Below the pieces are notes generated by a model. That model was not told where the DNA came from, searched no databases, and saw only the letters and a list, made by a program, of their open reading frames with translations. Made by a program: the position numbers and the translations under genes. A DNA stretch of 36,637 nt from a virus: IMG/VR virus record IMGVR_UViG_3300045988_143860, positions 1 through 36,637 of that record; one strand, written 5' to 3'. Below are positions 23,560 to 31,688 of the stretch, piece by piece. Every line of letters starts with the position of its first letter. The stretch's first letter is position 1.

Positions 23560-24303
23560 TTACCGGTCTTTGAGGTAGTCGTACCGGGTTTTGTCGATAA
23601 CGATTGTTGATTTTTCTAAGTCGATTGACGCGAGGAATGCGACGAGGCGCATGTATTCGTCGTTGCGGTAGGGGTATTCGGCGTATGCGTGGTGATTGCG
23701 CCCGTAGTATTTGTGAGCGTGTTTTTTAATGTGGCGTTCGCATGATTTGCGGGTGAGGAAGAATTGATCTTCTCGGCAGCGTCGCACGGTGTGTACGGGG
23801 ATGATGTCGATTCCGACGTTGATGCCTTGTTCTTGGGCGTAGTTCTTAAGCTTTTCTAGCTGTTCGAAGTAGGTGGCGCAGGGGTCTTCTTCCAGGCATA
23901 GGCGACTGATGAGGTCGTCGAATTCACCTGGATGGTTTTGGGCGAGGTTTTTTACGTCGTCGATCGATTCGAACTCTACGGGGTCACAGTCGCAGTATTC
24001 TCCACAGCAGGGTTCGTGTGCGTCGATCATGAGCCCGGTTTTTTCTAGGGTCGTGTCATAAAGGGTGTGTACTGGATCGAATTCGACGAGGCGTTTAATG
24101 ATTTCGTTTAACGCGCATTTTTCGCCGTCGAGGATGAATATGTAGTCGTCGGCGTTTTCGTGGGTGGTTGACTCCTGGGTTTCATAGGCGATGACGTATA
24201 TTCCGGGTTTGCGGGTGCAGTCGTATTTTGCTCCGTTGTTGATGTCGTCGTTGAGTTCTTTTTGGAATGTGTGGAACCAGTTGGGCAGGTTTGCGATGGT
24301 CAT
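23560..24303 (-). CDS. Hypothetical Cys-rich protein in a lower-GC segment
   Basis: 247 aa with a CCGEYCDCD cluster. A sampled line is about 43% GC against about 65% in a capsid-gene line. No recognisable domain. Confidence 0.65.
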   Translation of the reverse strand: MTIANLPNWFHTFQKELNDDINNGAKYDCTRKPGIYVIAYETQESTTHENADDYIFILDGEKCALNEIIKRLVEFDPVHTLYDTTLEKTGLMIDAHEPCCGEYCDCDPVEFESIDDVKNLAQNHPGEFDDLISRLCLEEDPCATYFEQLEKLKNYAQEQGINVGIDIIPVHTVRRCREDQFFLTRKSCERHIKKHAHKYYGRNHHAYAEYPYRNDEYMRLVAFLASIDLEKSTIVIDKTRYDYLKDR

Positions 24304-24471
24304 CGTGTGTTTCCTTTCAGGGATGGTCGTTAAGGGGTCTAGACGCTGTTCTGACGGGCTTTCAGGTGTCAGACAGGCGTGGCACGTTTAGGGGTTGTTC
24401 GCGCGTTCTAGGTGCCTTACAGCGCGTTTTTGGGGTATGTCTACGTGTGTGGGTCATGGGGTTCCCCTTGG

Positions 24472-24825
24472 TCAGGCGAAGTAGGGGTCGGTCATCTGCC
24501 TGTAGAGATCCTTCGCGACGTCGAGCGTGACCGGGTCGCCCGTGTCGGCCTCGTAGAAGGCTTCAGTCCTGCCTCGGTGTTTGTAAACGCTCATGACGTA
24601 CAGCAGTTCGTAGCCGTCTTCGATGAGGTAGTAGTTCTGGTCGTTGTGCCATTCGTGGCGGACGGTGAGGTTCCCGACGGTGATGGGGGTTTCTGCGTGT
24701 TCGGCGGGGGCGAAGGCTTCGCGGAAGAGGTTGATGAACGGGTCATTCCAGTTGTCGCGGGTGAATTGCTGGGTGTCGCCGGTAAATGCGTTGGTATTTT
24801 CCCAGGGCTTGGGGTCGTGGGTCAT
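24472..24825 (-). CDS. Hypothetical early protein
   Basis: 117-aa ORF co-oriented in the early operon. Confidence 0.6.
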   Translation of the reverse strand: MTHDPKPWENTNAFTGDTQQFTRDNWNDPFINLFREAFAPAEHAETPITVGNLTVRHEWHNDQNYYLIEDGYELLYVMSVYKHRGRTEAFYEADTGDPVTLDVAKDLYRQMTDPYFA

Positions 24826-24830
24826 GGGGG

Positions 24831-25268
24831 TTAGGCCTTTCGGAGTTGAGGGCAGACGTTGCGGGGGCGAGCCTCAAGCTCAGGCGGGGGAGTACGCCCA
24901 ATCGACTGCCACGCGGCAGAGGACGCAGCGTCAAGGTCGAGGCCATCACCCAAGCCCTGCATGAGCGCTTTCTTCCACGCGATCTCCAGATGCGGCTCAT
25001 CCCCGAGGCCGTCTGGGGTCAGCGTCTGGTTATTCAGGGCGTTCTTGATCCGCTGACGGCGGATATCTCTGGATCGGTGATTGATGTCGGCGGGCATGAT
25101 CCAATCCCGCGATTCGGCGTAATGGTCGCGGACGATTGCCAGAGCGTCGGCGAGGGTCAGATTCGGGTCGAGTGCTTCAGCCCATGCGGCGGTTGTTGCT
25201 GGGTCGGGGCGCCGGTTGTCGTAGGCCGCGCACTTGCCGAGGACGACGGCAGCTTCTTGGGGTGTCAT
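24831..25268 (-). CDS. Hypothetical early protein downstream of the replication initiator
   Basis: 145-aa ORF with a 4-nt overlap to the upstream gene. Confidence 0.6.
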   Translation of the reverse strand: MTPQEAAVVLGKCAAYDNRRPDPATTAAWAEALDPNLTLADALAIVRDHYAESRDWIMPADINHRSRDIRRQRIKNALNNQTLTPDGLGDEPHLEIAWKKALMQGLGDGLDLDAASSAAWQSIGRTPPPELEARPRNVCPQLRKA

Positions 25269-26143
25269 GCCTGGATTTCCTTTCTAGGATTTTGGGCGAA
25301 TTGTTGGCCGAGTTCGATCCAGCCTTGGACGCGGTCGCTGGTCGTGTCCTGGGCGGATCGTTTTCCTTGGCGTTGCGGAAGGGGATCGTCTTCCCACCGT
25401 CCGGCGTTGAGCCAGGGGCCTGGGTGTTTCGTGTAGGCGGGGTCGCGGTTGGGGTCGTCGCGGTAGCGGGCTGCCCCGGCGACGATCTCCGCGGGCTTTG
25501 CTCGCCGGATTGCTTTGCGCCATGCCTTGCGCGCCGCCTCTTTGCCTTCGCGTCTGGGGTAGGTGACCCAGAATTTGTCGAAGTCGTGGTTGGTGGTGGG
25601 TGCGGGGATCAGTTCGAAGGTGGTGTCTTGGGGATTGCCTTTGGTACCCCCGTGTGCGGGGGGTATGGGGGGGTATTCCCCTGTTCCCCTGTTCCCCTGT
25701 TCCCCTGTTCCTAGCGGCATTTCGCCGCGAGTTGCGGCAGATTGCGGCGGATTGTCTGACTGTCCAGTGTTTTCGCAGGTGAACAGCAGTTTGCCCTCGT
25801 CTGGCATGGGGAACCTTGAGGAAGTGCCCTCACGCACCCTCTGATGGCGATTCCATGACGGAATTTCGAAAAAAGTGCGTCCGTCAACCTCGTAGAAAAG
25901 CACGCCGAAAACTGCGGCAAGTTGCGGCAAGATGCCGCGAAAATCCGCAAACTCCTCGTGAGACAGGATTGCGAGGTCGTCATTGGGGAAGATCGCGCCC
26001 TCGAGCTCCTTCGGATTGCACGTCCCATGACCGGTGTCATCGGCCCAGCACCACAGTCCGATATAGGCCAGCCTGAGCACCGCTGACGCTTCCGCCGTGT
26101 GGGGGCTGTCGAAGAACTCAGGCTTGATCGTGCGGATCCGCAT
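25265..26143 (-). CDS. Putative replication initiator / replisome organiser
   Basis: 292 aa. N-terminus MRIRTIKPEFFDSPH...LRLAYIGLWCWADDTGHG is typical of phage replication-organiser proteins. A Gly-rich linker is encoded by iteron-like DNA repeats. Basic C-terminal domain. Confidence 0.5.
   Translation of the reverse strand: MRIRTIKPEFFDSPHTAEASAVLRLAYIGLWCWADDTGHGTCNPKELEGAIFPNDDLAILSHEEFADFRGILPQLAAVFGVLFYEVDGRTFFEIPSWNRHQRVREGTSSRFPMPDEGKLLFTCENTGQSDNPPQSAATRGEMPLGTGEQGNRGTGEYPPIPPAHGGTKGNPQDTTFELIPAPTTNHDFDKFWVTYPRREGKEAARKAWRKAIRRAKPAEIVAGAARYRDDPNRDPAYTKHPGPWLNAGRWEDDPLPQRQGKRSAQDTTSDRVQGWIELGQQFAQNPRKEIQA
25676..25711. repeat. Tandem 8-bp repeat (TTCCCCTG x4 plus a partial copy) inside the replication gene
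   Basis: Perfect copies at 25676, 25684, 25692, 25700. Preceded by GGGGGGTAT x2 (25658-25676). TTGCGGC(A/G)G pairs at 25732/25742 and 25912/25922. Confidence 0.9.
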
Positions 26144-26540
26144 CGTCTCCTCCTTCCTCTGTTTTGTCTTCCTCTACTAACGTGAGCGTGATAACGTGCC
26201 AACCCCTTTTGCACCTGCCGGGCGCGCGCTTGAACGTCATCGCCGGGAGGTGCTTGGAGTCGTCGTCGGTGAGCACACCGAAGTCGGTTAGCCCGTCCAC
26301 CAACGCTTTTACTGTCGGATACGCATTAGCGGGGTCTGCCCGCCTGTTGGAGTCGTATTGCACGTGGACGGTGACGAACGCTTTACGCATGGGGAGCAGA
26401 CCATTGCGGCGGGCTTCGAAGTATCCCCGTTGCCGGAGCTGTCTTGTTCGGCTCGCCCGCTGCCTCCAGTGCATTCGGTCGTTACTGCTCAACCATTCGT
26501 TCTTGGGGATTTTTACAATCATTTCCTGTGTGCCGGTCAT
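26118..26540 (-). CDS. rusA: RusA-like Holliday junction resolvase
   Basis: RRADPANAYPTVKALVDGLTDFGVLTDDDSKHL matches the RusA Asp-rich catalytic region. 140 aa. Confidence 0.72.
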   Translation of the reverse strand: MTGTQEMIVKIPKNEWLSSNDRMHWRQRASRTRQLRQRGYFEARRNGLLPMRKAFVTVHVQYDSNRRADPANAYPTVKALVDGLTDFGVLTDDDSKHLPAMTFKRAPGRCKRGWHVITLTLVEEDKTEEGGDDADPHDQA

Positions 26541-26971
26541 GATTCAACGTCCTTGTCTTGGCTGTTTTTCTCCAAACAGTGAGCGCACGCATAGTTCAGC
26601 CGATTGCCTTTGTAAAGTCTGACGGCGTTCTGGTCGAGAACAAGCCGCCCGCACGCGCGGCATTGACTGGCGTAGCCTTGAGATGCGGGCTTGTTGTTGC
26701 GCTCAGCTTTACGGCGAGCCCTGCGTTCGTATAGGTCTTCGCCCGCGAAGATTCCAGCAAAGTCTCGTTCGTCTGTTTCCACCCCTCGGATTTCGAAACG
26801 ATCATTTGTTGTCCGACACTCAACAAACAGTGGACATATGAAACAGATTTTGCGCGCCAACTTTTTAAGATCGGCGGAGTCAGGCCACGATTCGGATTCT
26901 CCAACTTGGGTGCACAAGGCAACGTTTTCAAACGCCGGAACAACCAAATCAATTAACGAATCTAAGTCCAT
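26537..26971 (-). CDS. WhiB-like Fe-S transcription factor with C-terminal Cys-rich extension
   Basis: ALCTQVG..SWPD....KICFICPLFVEC has WhiB-type Cys spacing. Extra CRACG...CAHC ribbon. Confidence 0.72.
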   Translation of the reverse strand: MDLDSLIDLVVPAFENVALCTQVGESESWPDSADLKKLARKICFICPLFVECRTTNDRFEIRGVETDERDFAGIFAGEDLYERRARRKAERNNKPASQGYASQCRACGRLVLDQNAVRLYKGNRLNYACAHCLEKNSQDKDVES

Positions 26972-27285
26972 GCGTTTCTTCCCATCGCGTAATCCGACAC
27001 CGGGCGGACTGGAATGTTCAGCAGGTGCGCCACCTCGATTTCAAGGCGAGCGCCACGCGACTTCTCCCAGTCGGGGAGGAACGCGAGCGCGTCCGCCATG
27101 GTCAACATCCGCAGATCAGCGCGCATATGGTCCTCGTAAAGCGCGGTGTCTGCCAGCCCGTTACTGGTCGGGTTTAACACCTCATACCCGGCCTTCAAAA
27201 GTTGGTCTTCGGCTTTGTTGAATTCATCAATGTTATTGTCTGGGCGTCCCATTATGGGCCCGGAAATGTAAACCTTTTTCGTCAT
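26962..27285 (-). CDS. DUF4406 / nucleoside 2-deoxyribosyltransferase-like protein
   Basis: Likely start ATG 27283-27285 (ATGA overlap with erf). MTKKVYISGPIMGRPDNNIDEFNKAEDQLLKAGYEVLNP. Confidence 0.6.
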   Translation of the reverse strand: MTKKVYISGPIMGRPDNNIDEFNKAEDQLLKAGYEVLNPTSNGLADTALYEDHMRADLRMLTMADALAFLPDWEKSRGARLEIEVAHLLNIPVRPVSDYAMGRNAWT

Positions 27286-27848
27286 GAGCGGCCTGCCTGC
27301 TGTTGGAGGGCGGTGAGAGCTTCGACGCGTGCGCGTATTGCAGTTTGCATGTGCGGGTATTGCTTCCACCATTCGCGCAACTGGTGGATGTCGTCGCAGT
27401 CATAAACCGCGCTTTCGGAGAGTTCTGGCATCGCGGGTTGTGAGGCTTGTTCTGCGTCGTCGTCAGGGTCGCCGGTGATACCCCAGTCGGCTTGCGCTAC
27501 TTGACGTTTCGTGTAGGTGAGTGCTGATCCGAATGCTTGGGGGTTCTGCTGGTGTTCCATCGGCATATTCGACAGGGGGAGAACACTGCCGTCCATGGAG
27601 TAGACGGCGGACTTTAATGCGGGTTGTCCGTTGATTTCTCCGACGCTTTGCGTGTATGCGATCCCGTGGGCTTCACAGGCTTTGCGGATGACATGCAGGG
27701 TTGCTTTGAGGGTGGCGAACCTGTTTTTGAAATGTGGGTTGAAGCCGTCGAGTTCGGGATTGTGACAGTCCCGGAGGGCTCTGGCAAACAGAGCCTCAAT
27801 GCTTGATTCTGGTTTCGCTTCTTGTTTTTCACTCATCGTCTTCTCCAA
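27282..27848 (-). CDS. erf: Erf-family single-strand annealing protein
   Basis: NPHFKNRFATLKATLHVIRKACEAHGIAYTQ and AFGSALTYTKRQ are ERF-family signatures. Confidence 0.72.
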   Translation of the reverse strand: MEKTMSEKQEAKPESSIEALFARALRDCHNPELDGFNPHFKNRFATLKATLHVIRKACEAHGIAYTQSVGEINGQPALKSAVYSMDGSVLPLSNMPMEHQQNPQAFGSALTYTKRQVAQADWGITGDPDDDAEQASQPAMPELSESAVYDCDDIHQLREWWKQYPHMQTAIRARVEALTALQQQAGRS

Positions 27849-28662
27849 ATTCGGTGTTCAAGTACCAAAGGGGCGCGCGCAGCGTGTGCACCCGGTCCCC
27901 GTATCCCGGCCACGTGTTGAAAGTCCGGCAGGTGTCAAACGTGTCAATCGCCCGGCGCATGCGGTCGCGTCCGGCTTGTAAAAACTCCGCGTCCATTTCG
28001 ACGACGCTGACAAGATGAGGCTCCTCAACGCCGACGAGGACATGCAGAAACCGGGGCGCGTTGCCGGTGGCCTGTTCCCACATCGCCCGGTACCACGCGG
28101 CTTGGAGCGGGTAGTCGAGGTTGGCTGCTTGCCTGCGCCATACGCTCGGGTTAGCGTCGCGCGTGGTCTTCACATCCACGAGGGTTCCGTTGGTTTCCCA
28201 GTCGATCCTGCCCCGTAGCCAGACGCCGGTTTTCTCGTCTTGGGTGTAGATGGACTGCTCAGGTGTTCCGGTTTCAAACAACTGGCCCGCCACGCGGTGG
28301 TTTATGACCGCGTCTGCCGCGTTTTGTGCCCGCTGAAAGTCAGCCAACGCGATAGGCACTTCACCGCGTGCGCGGTGTGCTTCCACGTCCTCGCGTGCGG
28401 CCTTGGTGCGCAGGCTGTCGTGTTCGTGCACGTACAGGTTCAATCCCGCGCCTAAGATGAGCGCGTGGACGACGTGCCCGAAATCAAACGCCGTATTCGG
28501 CGCGCTGGGGTGATCCTTGCTCCACTTATATAAGGCGGGGCAATTGAGTAGGCGTTTGGCTTCCGTGGACGAGAGGGAGTCAGCGGGCCCGAACGTGCAT
28601 GAGTGGTAGTCGAGTTCTGGAATGTCCGGGTAGATTCCGGCGGTAAATTGTTTAGCCGTCAT
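27829..28662 (-). CDS. PD-(D/E)xK recombination exonuclease
   Basis: Likely start ATG 28660-28662 (MTAKQFTAGIYPDIPELDYH). Nuclease motif GRIDWETNGTLVDVKTT. Partner of Erf. Confidence 0.75.
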   Translation of the reverse strand: MTAKQFTAGIYPDIPELDYHSCTFGPADSLSSTEAKRLLNCPALYKWSKDHPSAPNTAFDFGHVVHALILGAGLNLYVHEHDSLRTKAAREDVEAHRARGEVPIALADFQRAQNAADAVINHRVAGQLFETGTPEQSIYTQDEKTGVWLRGRIDWETNGTLVDVKTTRDANPSVWRRQAANLDYPLQAAWYRAMWEQATGNAPRFLHVLVGVEEPHLVSVVEMDAEFLQAGRDRMRRAIDTFDTCRTFNTWPGYGDRVHTLRAPLWYLNTEFGEDDE

Positions 28663-28795
28663 AGTCGAGCTCCATTTGCCGGTCGCGCCACTGCTCATAC
28701 TCCTCATCGCTGTAGGCGAAAGGGTCATATTCTTCTTCGTCGTCAAATGCGCGCTCTGGCGGGTCGGTCGGAACATGCGCACCTGGCCAGATCAT
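28652..28795 (-). CDS. Small acidic protein (47 aa)
   Basis: ATG 28793-28795 overlaps the upstream stop (ATGA). MIWPGAHVPTDPPERAFDDEEEYDPFAYSDEEYEQWRDRQMELDYDG. The longer track ORF (to 28951) overlaps the membrane ORF. Confidence 0.42.
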   Translation of the reverse strand: MIWPGAHVPTDPPERAFDDEEEYDPFAYSDEEYEQWRDRQMELDYDG

Positions 28796-29016
28796 CGCTC
28801 GTCCTCCCGGTCGTCCAAACGACGCCCGAAAGCATGCCCCGCACATGTCAAGGCAAGCCCCCCGAACATTAGGGGCAGGCAAATGTTCCACGTCCAGCCG
28901 ACCGGGTTGTCTGGTGCTTTCATTGCAAGCGCGCCGAACATGCCAACGCACGCGCCCACACCCTCAATTAGGGCAACAAGCGTCCGTGTTCTACTGTTTT
29001 GGGTAGGCTCCACCAT
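28792..29016 (-). CDS. Small two-TM membrane protein (paralogue of 30711-30923)
   Basis: 74 aa. Shares the pattern AM..(A/G)(P/L)DNP.GW ... LDD.E with ORF 30711-30923. Confidence 0.55.
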   Translation of the reverse strand: MVEPTQNSRTRTLVALIEGVGACVGMFGALAMKAPDNPVGWTWNICLPLMFGGLALTCAGHAFGRRLDDREDER

Positions 29017-29100
29017 CGTTTTCTCCTAGTGGTTTGGGTAGTAAATAGGGGGTGGGGTTTAGTGGCGGGTTCCTGTTGGCGCAGGAACCATGCCACGCTC

Positions 29101-30513
29101 TTACGCGGCCCCATCTAAGTTTTCGTATTCGAACAATTGCTGGTTTTCGGCCATGATCCGGATTGCGGTCGCTGCCTGTTGTGGGACGACTCCGTTGCCC
29201 AGGGCTTTCAGTTGGAGTTGACGCGATATCCCGATTTCTGGACTCGTCACATGCCCAGGTGGTAGCCCCATCATCCACTCGACAAACGCGGGATTGAGCA
29301 AAGCTCTGCCGGTATTGCCGATCACGGTCGGATCAGGCGCAGACATGCCAAAGGCTTGTTCTTGCACGCGGATTGCGTCTTTGAATTCGCCGAACTTCTC
29401 ATACTTGACCAAGTCATAAAACGACTTCCGCGCCTTGTTGAACCGCTCGCTTTTACGCCCGTCAAGCTGCGAACCTGTCGGAGTGGGAAGAAGATGGGGG
29501 AGCAAAGTATTTAACGGCACTGAATTACGGCGAAGCTGGGAAGCACACGGCGCATCAGCATCTTGCGTCGTCGGAGTTGGCAGAAGATGCTCACACTGGT
29601 CATCAAGCCCGATCGCGTGGTTGCCCTGCTTTTGTTTTTCGGGGTGACGTGACCCGCGGCTCCCAAGATTCGCCGCTGGGGTGGCGAACATTTTCCGTTC
29701 CTCCACCCGACCACCGGTCTGCAATAAGCCATTTTCGACTAGTATCCGAAGATCGCTGACCGTGGTACGCCCAGGACGTTTGCACATGTGGTTCTCGGGC
29801 GTATTCCACGAAAAGGTCGCCGTCGGAGTAGGAAGAAAATTTTCCCCTTCCGCTTCTCCTACAACCGTCGGACGGGCGGTGTTCAACGCCCGATCGAGCC
29901 ACCACCGATCCCCATGCGGGAAACCGACTACGAACACGCGGGCGCGCCGATGGCAGGCGCCGACGTCTGAAGCGCGAAGGCTTGCCCATTGTGCGTCATA
30001 CCCGATTGAGGCCAAGTCCCCCAGAACACGTCCGAGAGCCCTGAGAACAGGTCTGTCTGCCCCGTTTCCCAGACGTCCCTCTCTTTGTTCCATGAGGCTA
30101 AAAGCGTTAGCACTAAGAGCTCCTAAAACGTTCTCCCACACAACCAAGTGGGGTCGGATAGTTCGTACCGCGTTAAACATTGATTCCCACAACCCCGACC
30201 GTGTTCCCGGCTTCATGCCCGCACGAACTCCGGCGACGCTGAGGTCTTGGCATGGCGACCCGCCAGCGATCACATCGACCGGTTCAACGTGAGTCCAATC
30301 GACTTGTGTAACGTCACCAAGGTTTTCAACATTGGGATGGTGGTGTTTCAAGATTGCTTTCGGCCCCGGCTCAATATCGCTCACCCACGCGAGCTCACCC
30401 GAATCCAAAGCCATCTGAACACCAAGGTCGAGTCCCCCGTACCCGGAGAACAGGCTCCCGATCGTGTACGGGCCCCGGCGATGCCCAGACTGAGCAATTT
30501 GGCTGGGGGTCAC
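29101..30513 (-). CDS. dcm: DNA (cytosine-5) methyltransferase, orphan
   Basis: Motif I SLFSGYGGLDLG, motif IV GGSPCQDLSVAG, motif VI WENVLG, motif VIII RRARVFVVG, motif X LGNGVVPQQA. Long variable region. GTG start after GGAGGAG. No adjacent nuclease. Confidence 0.93.
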   Translation of the reverse strand: MTPSQIAQSGHRRGPYTIGSLFSGYGGLDLGVQMALDSGELAWVSDIEPGPKAILKHHHPNVENLGDVTQVDWTHVEPVDVIAGGSPCQDLSVAGVRAGMKPGTRSGLWESMFNAVRTIRPHLVVWENVLGALSANAFSLMEQREGRLGNGADRPVLRALGRVLGDLASIGYDAQWASLRASDVGACHRRARVFVVGFPHGDRWWLDRALNTARPTVVGEAEGENFLPTPTATFSWNTPENHMCKRPGRTTVSDLRILVENGLLQTGGRVEERKMFATPAANLGSRGSRHPEKQKQGNHAIGLDDQCEHLLPTPTTQDADAPCASQLRRNSVPLNTLLPHLLPTPTGSQLDGRKSERFNKARKSFYDLVKYEKFGEFKDAIRVQEQAFGMSAPDPTVIGNTGRALLNPAFVEWMMGLPPGHVTSPEIGISRQLQLKALGNGVVPQQAATAIRIMAENQQLFEYENLDGAA

Positions 30514-30522
30514 TTCTCCTCC

Positions 30523-30714
30523 TTATCGGTTGGTTGCGGGGTGGCTCTCATGATGGTGACCGGGTGGTCGATCCCGTCGGTGAGGTCTGCTTTCGTGATC
30601 CGCATGTAGCCCGGTGGCGCGACGTATGGTGTCTCCCATGACTGTTCGCAATTGCGCCATGCTGTACGGGGTGCGCGTCCGGGTGGAGTCTGAACAGGGA
30701 TATAAACCCATCAC
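30523..30714 (-). CDS. Doubtful 63-aa ORF (frame uncertain)
   Basis: Fits neatly between its neighbours but is Arg/His/Thr-rich. An alternative frame has much higher third-position GC in its 3' half and ends in GTGA overlapping the dcm start. Confidence 0.25.
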   Translation of the reverse strand: MMGLYPCSDSTRTRTPYSMAQLRTVMGDTIRRATGLHADHESRPHRRDRPPGHHHESHPATNR

Positions 30715-30923
30715 TTACCCTCCTGGTCGTCTAAGTGGCGGAACTGGTGGCCGTCGCGGATTGCCCAGAGGGTGAAGAGTCCGGAGATGCTGAGTGATAT
30801 GAGCATTCCGCCAAGTGCGACGGGCATCGGCCACCCACGAGGGTTATCCAATCCCGGCATCGCGAACGCAAAAAACAAGGCGACGACAGCGAAAATGCTT
30901 GCAATAGTCTCTTTCCAACTCAC
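30711..30923 (-). CDS. Small two-TM membrane protein (paralogue of 28792-29016)
   Basis: 70 aa: IASIFAVVALFFAFAMPGLDNPRGWPMPVALGGMLISLSISGLFTLWAI...HLDDQEGK. Confidence 0.6.
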   Translation of the reverse strand: MSWKETIASIFAVVALFFAFAMPGLDNPRGWPMPVALGGMLISLSISGLFTLWAIRDGHQFRHLDDQEGK

Positions 30924-31252
30924 CGGGTTTCACCCCCAACCCCCACACTCGCGTAGGCTGCGACTTCTTCAGGGCGAACACCAACAAAAATCAGCCAAAA
31001 AGGCTTCTCATCAACAGTCGGAACCGGGATATACACTTTCCGGTCATCAGACACACGCACCTCAAACCCGCACCCAGCGAGATAATCCAACGCTTCCAGC
31101 GCCTGACTCTTGTGGTAGAAAACCCACTGGCACGTCGAACAGTCCACATAATCGGTCAGAATCTGGTTGTCCGGCGCAAGCCCCTCATCAGAAAGGCGGA
31201 CAGCAAAGTCATGCACAATCTGAGTGAGTTCCGTATTACGATCACCGTTCAT
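30920..31252 (-). CDS. Hypothetical early protein
   Basis: 110-aa ORF with 4-nt overlaps to both neighbours. Confidence 0.6.
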   Translation of the reverse strand: MNGDRNTELTQIVHDFAVRLSDEGLAPDNQILTDYVDCSTCQWVFYHKSQALEALDYLAGCGFEVRVSDDRKVYIPVPTVDEKPFWLIFVGVRPEEVAAYASVGVGGETR

Positions 31253-31581
31253 CGCGTCTGCTCCTTTGCTTCTTTCTTGACGGCAAGTTCAGCCAAGGCG
31301 GTTGAATACATGACCCACAAGGCGCGGTCGCGGTAACAGGCCCTGTATTCACGGCCTTTGAAAGCGGCGATTCCGCCTCTATTAATGTCGTGGGGCGCCT
31401 GCTGGTGGCGGTCGACGGTCAGGGCTGGGATGGTGACCTCGATCCACTGGTTGGGGTGGCGTCGGCATTCTTCGGCGACGAGGTCCCAGTGGTTGCGTTT
31501 CCTCACGGTCGGGGCGACGGCGGGGAGGGTGGGGAGGACGCGCCCGAACTTGGGGCGAATCGTGGTAGTGTTGTTGTGCAT
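31249..31581 (-). CDS. Hypothetical early protein
   Basis: Likely start ATG 31579-31581 after GAAAGGA (MHNNTTTIRPKFGRV...). The upstream extension in the track lacks an RBS. Confidence 0.6.
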   Translation of the reverse strand: MHNNTTTIRPKFGRVLPTLPAVAPTVRKRNHWDLVAEECRRHPNQWIEVTIPALTVDRHQQAPHDINRGGIAAFKGREYRACYRDRALWVMYSTALAELAVKKEAKEQTR

Positions 31582-31688
31582 CTTTGTTGATCCTTTCTGG
31601 GTCTCGCCCTCCCGTGTTGTCTCACGAGGAGGGCACTTTTTACTTGTCTGATAGGCAGGCTTCAATTCCCGTAAGTGGGAGCTTTCTT

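Noticed and set aside
24362-24457. 31-aa basic ORF in the 170-nt gap between ORFs 23560-24303 and 24472-24825
   Set aside because: It has a plausible RBS, but hand-counted third-position GC is only about 52% and the sequence is low-complexity and basic. Not enough support to call.
25676-25711. Tandem 8-bp repeats considered as a CRISPR array or a slipped-strand phase-variation tract
   Set aside because: Units are only 8 bp with no spacers, so it is not CRISPR. Any copy-number change would frameshift the essential replication gene. An iteron/ori role fits better (reported as a finding).
31606-31641. 7-bp hairpin GCCCTCC/GGAGGGC followed by a T-run on the + strand, between - strand genes
   Set aside because: The orientation does not match the flanking genes, and no + strand gene ends here. 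It may be a U-tract-less terminator or RNA structure in the 5' UTR of ORF 31249-31581, or a block to antisense transcription. Too weak to call.
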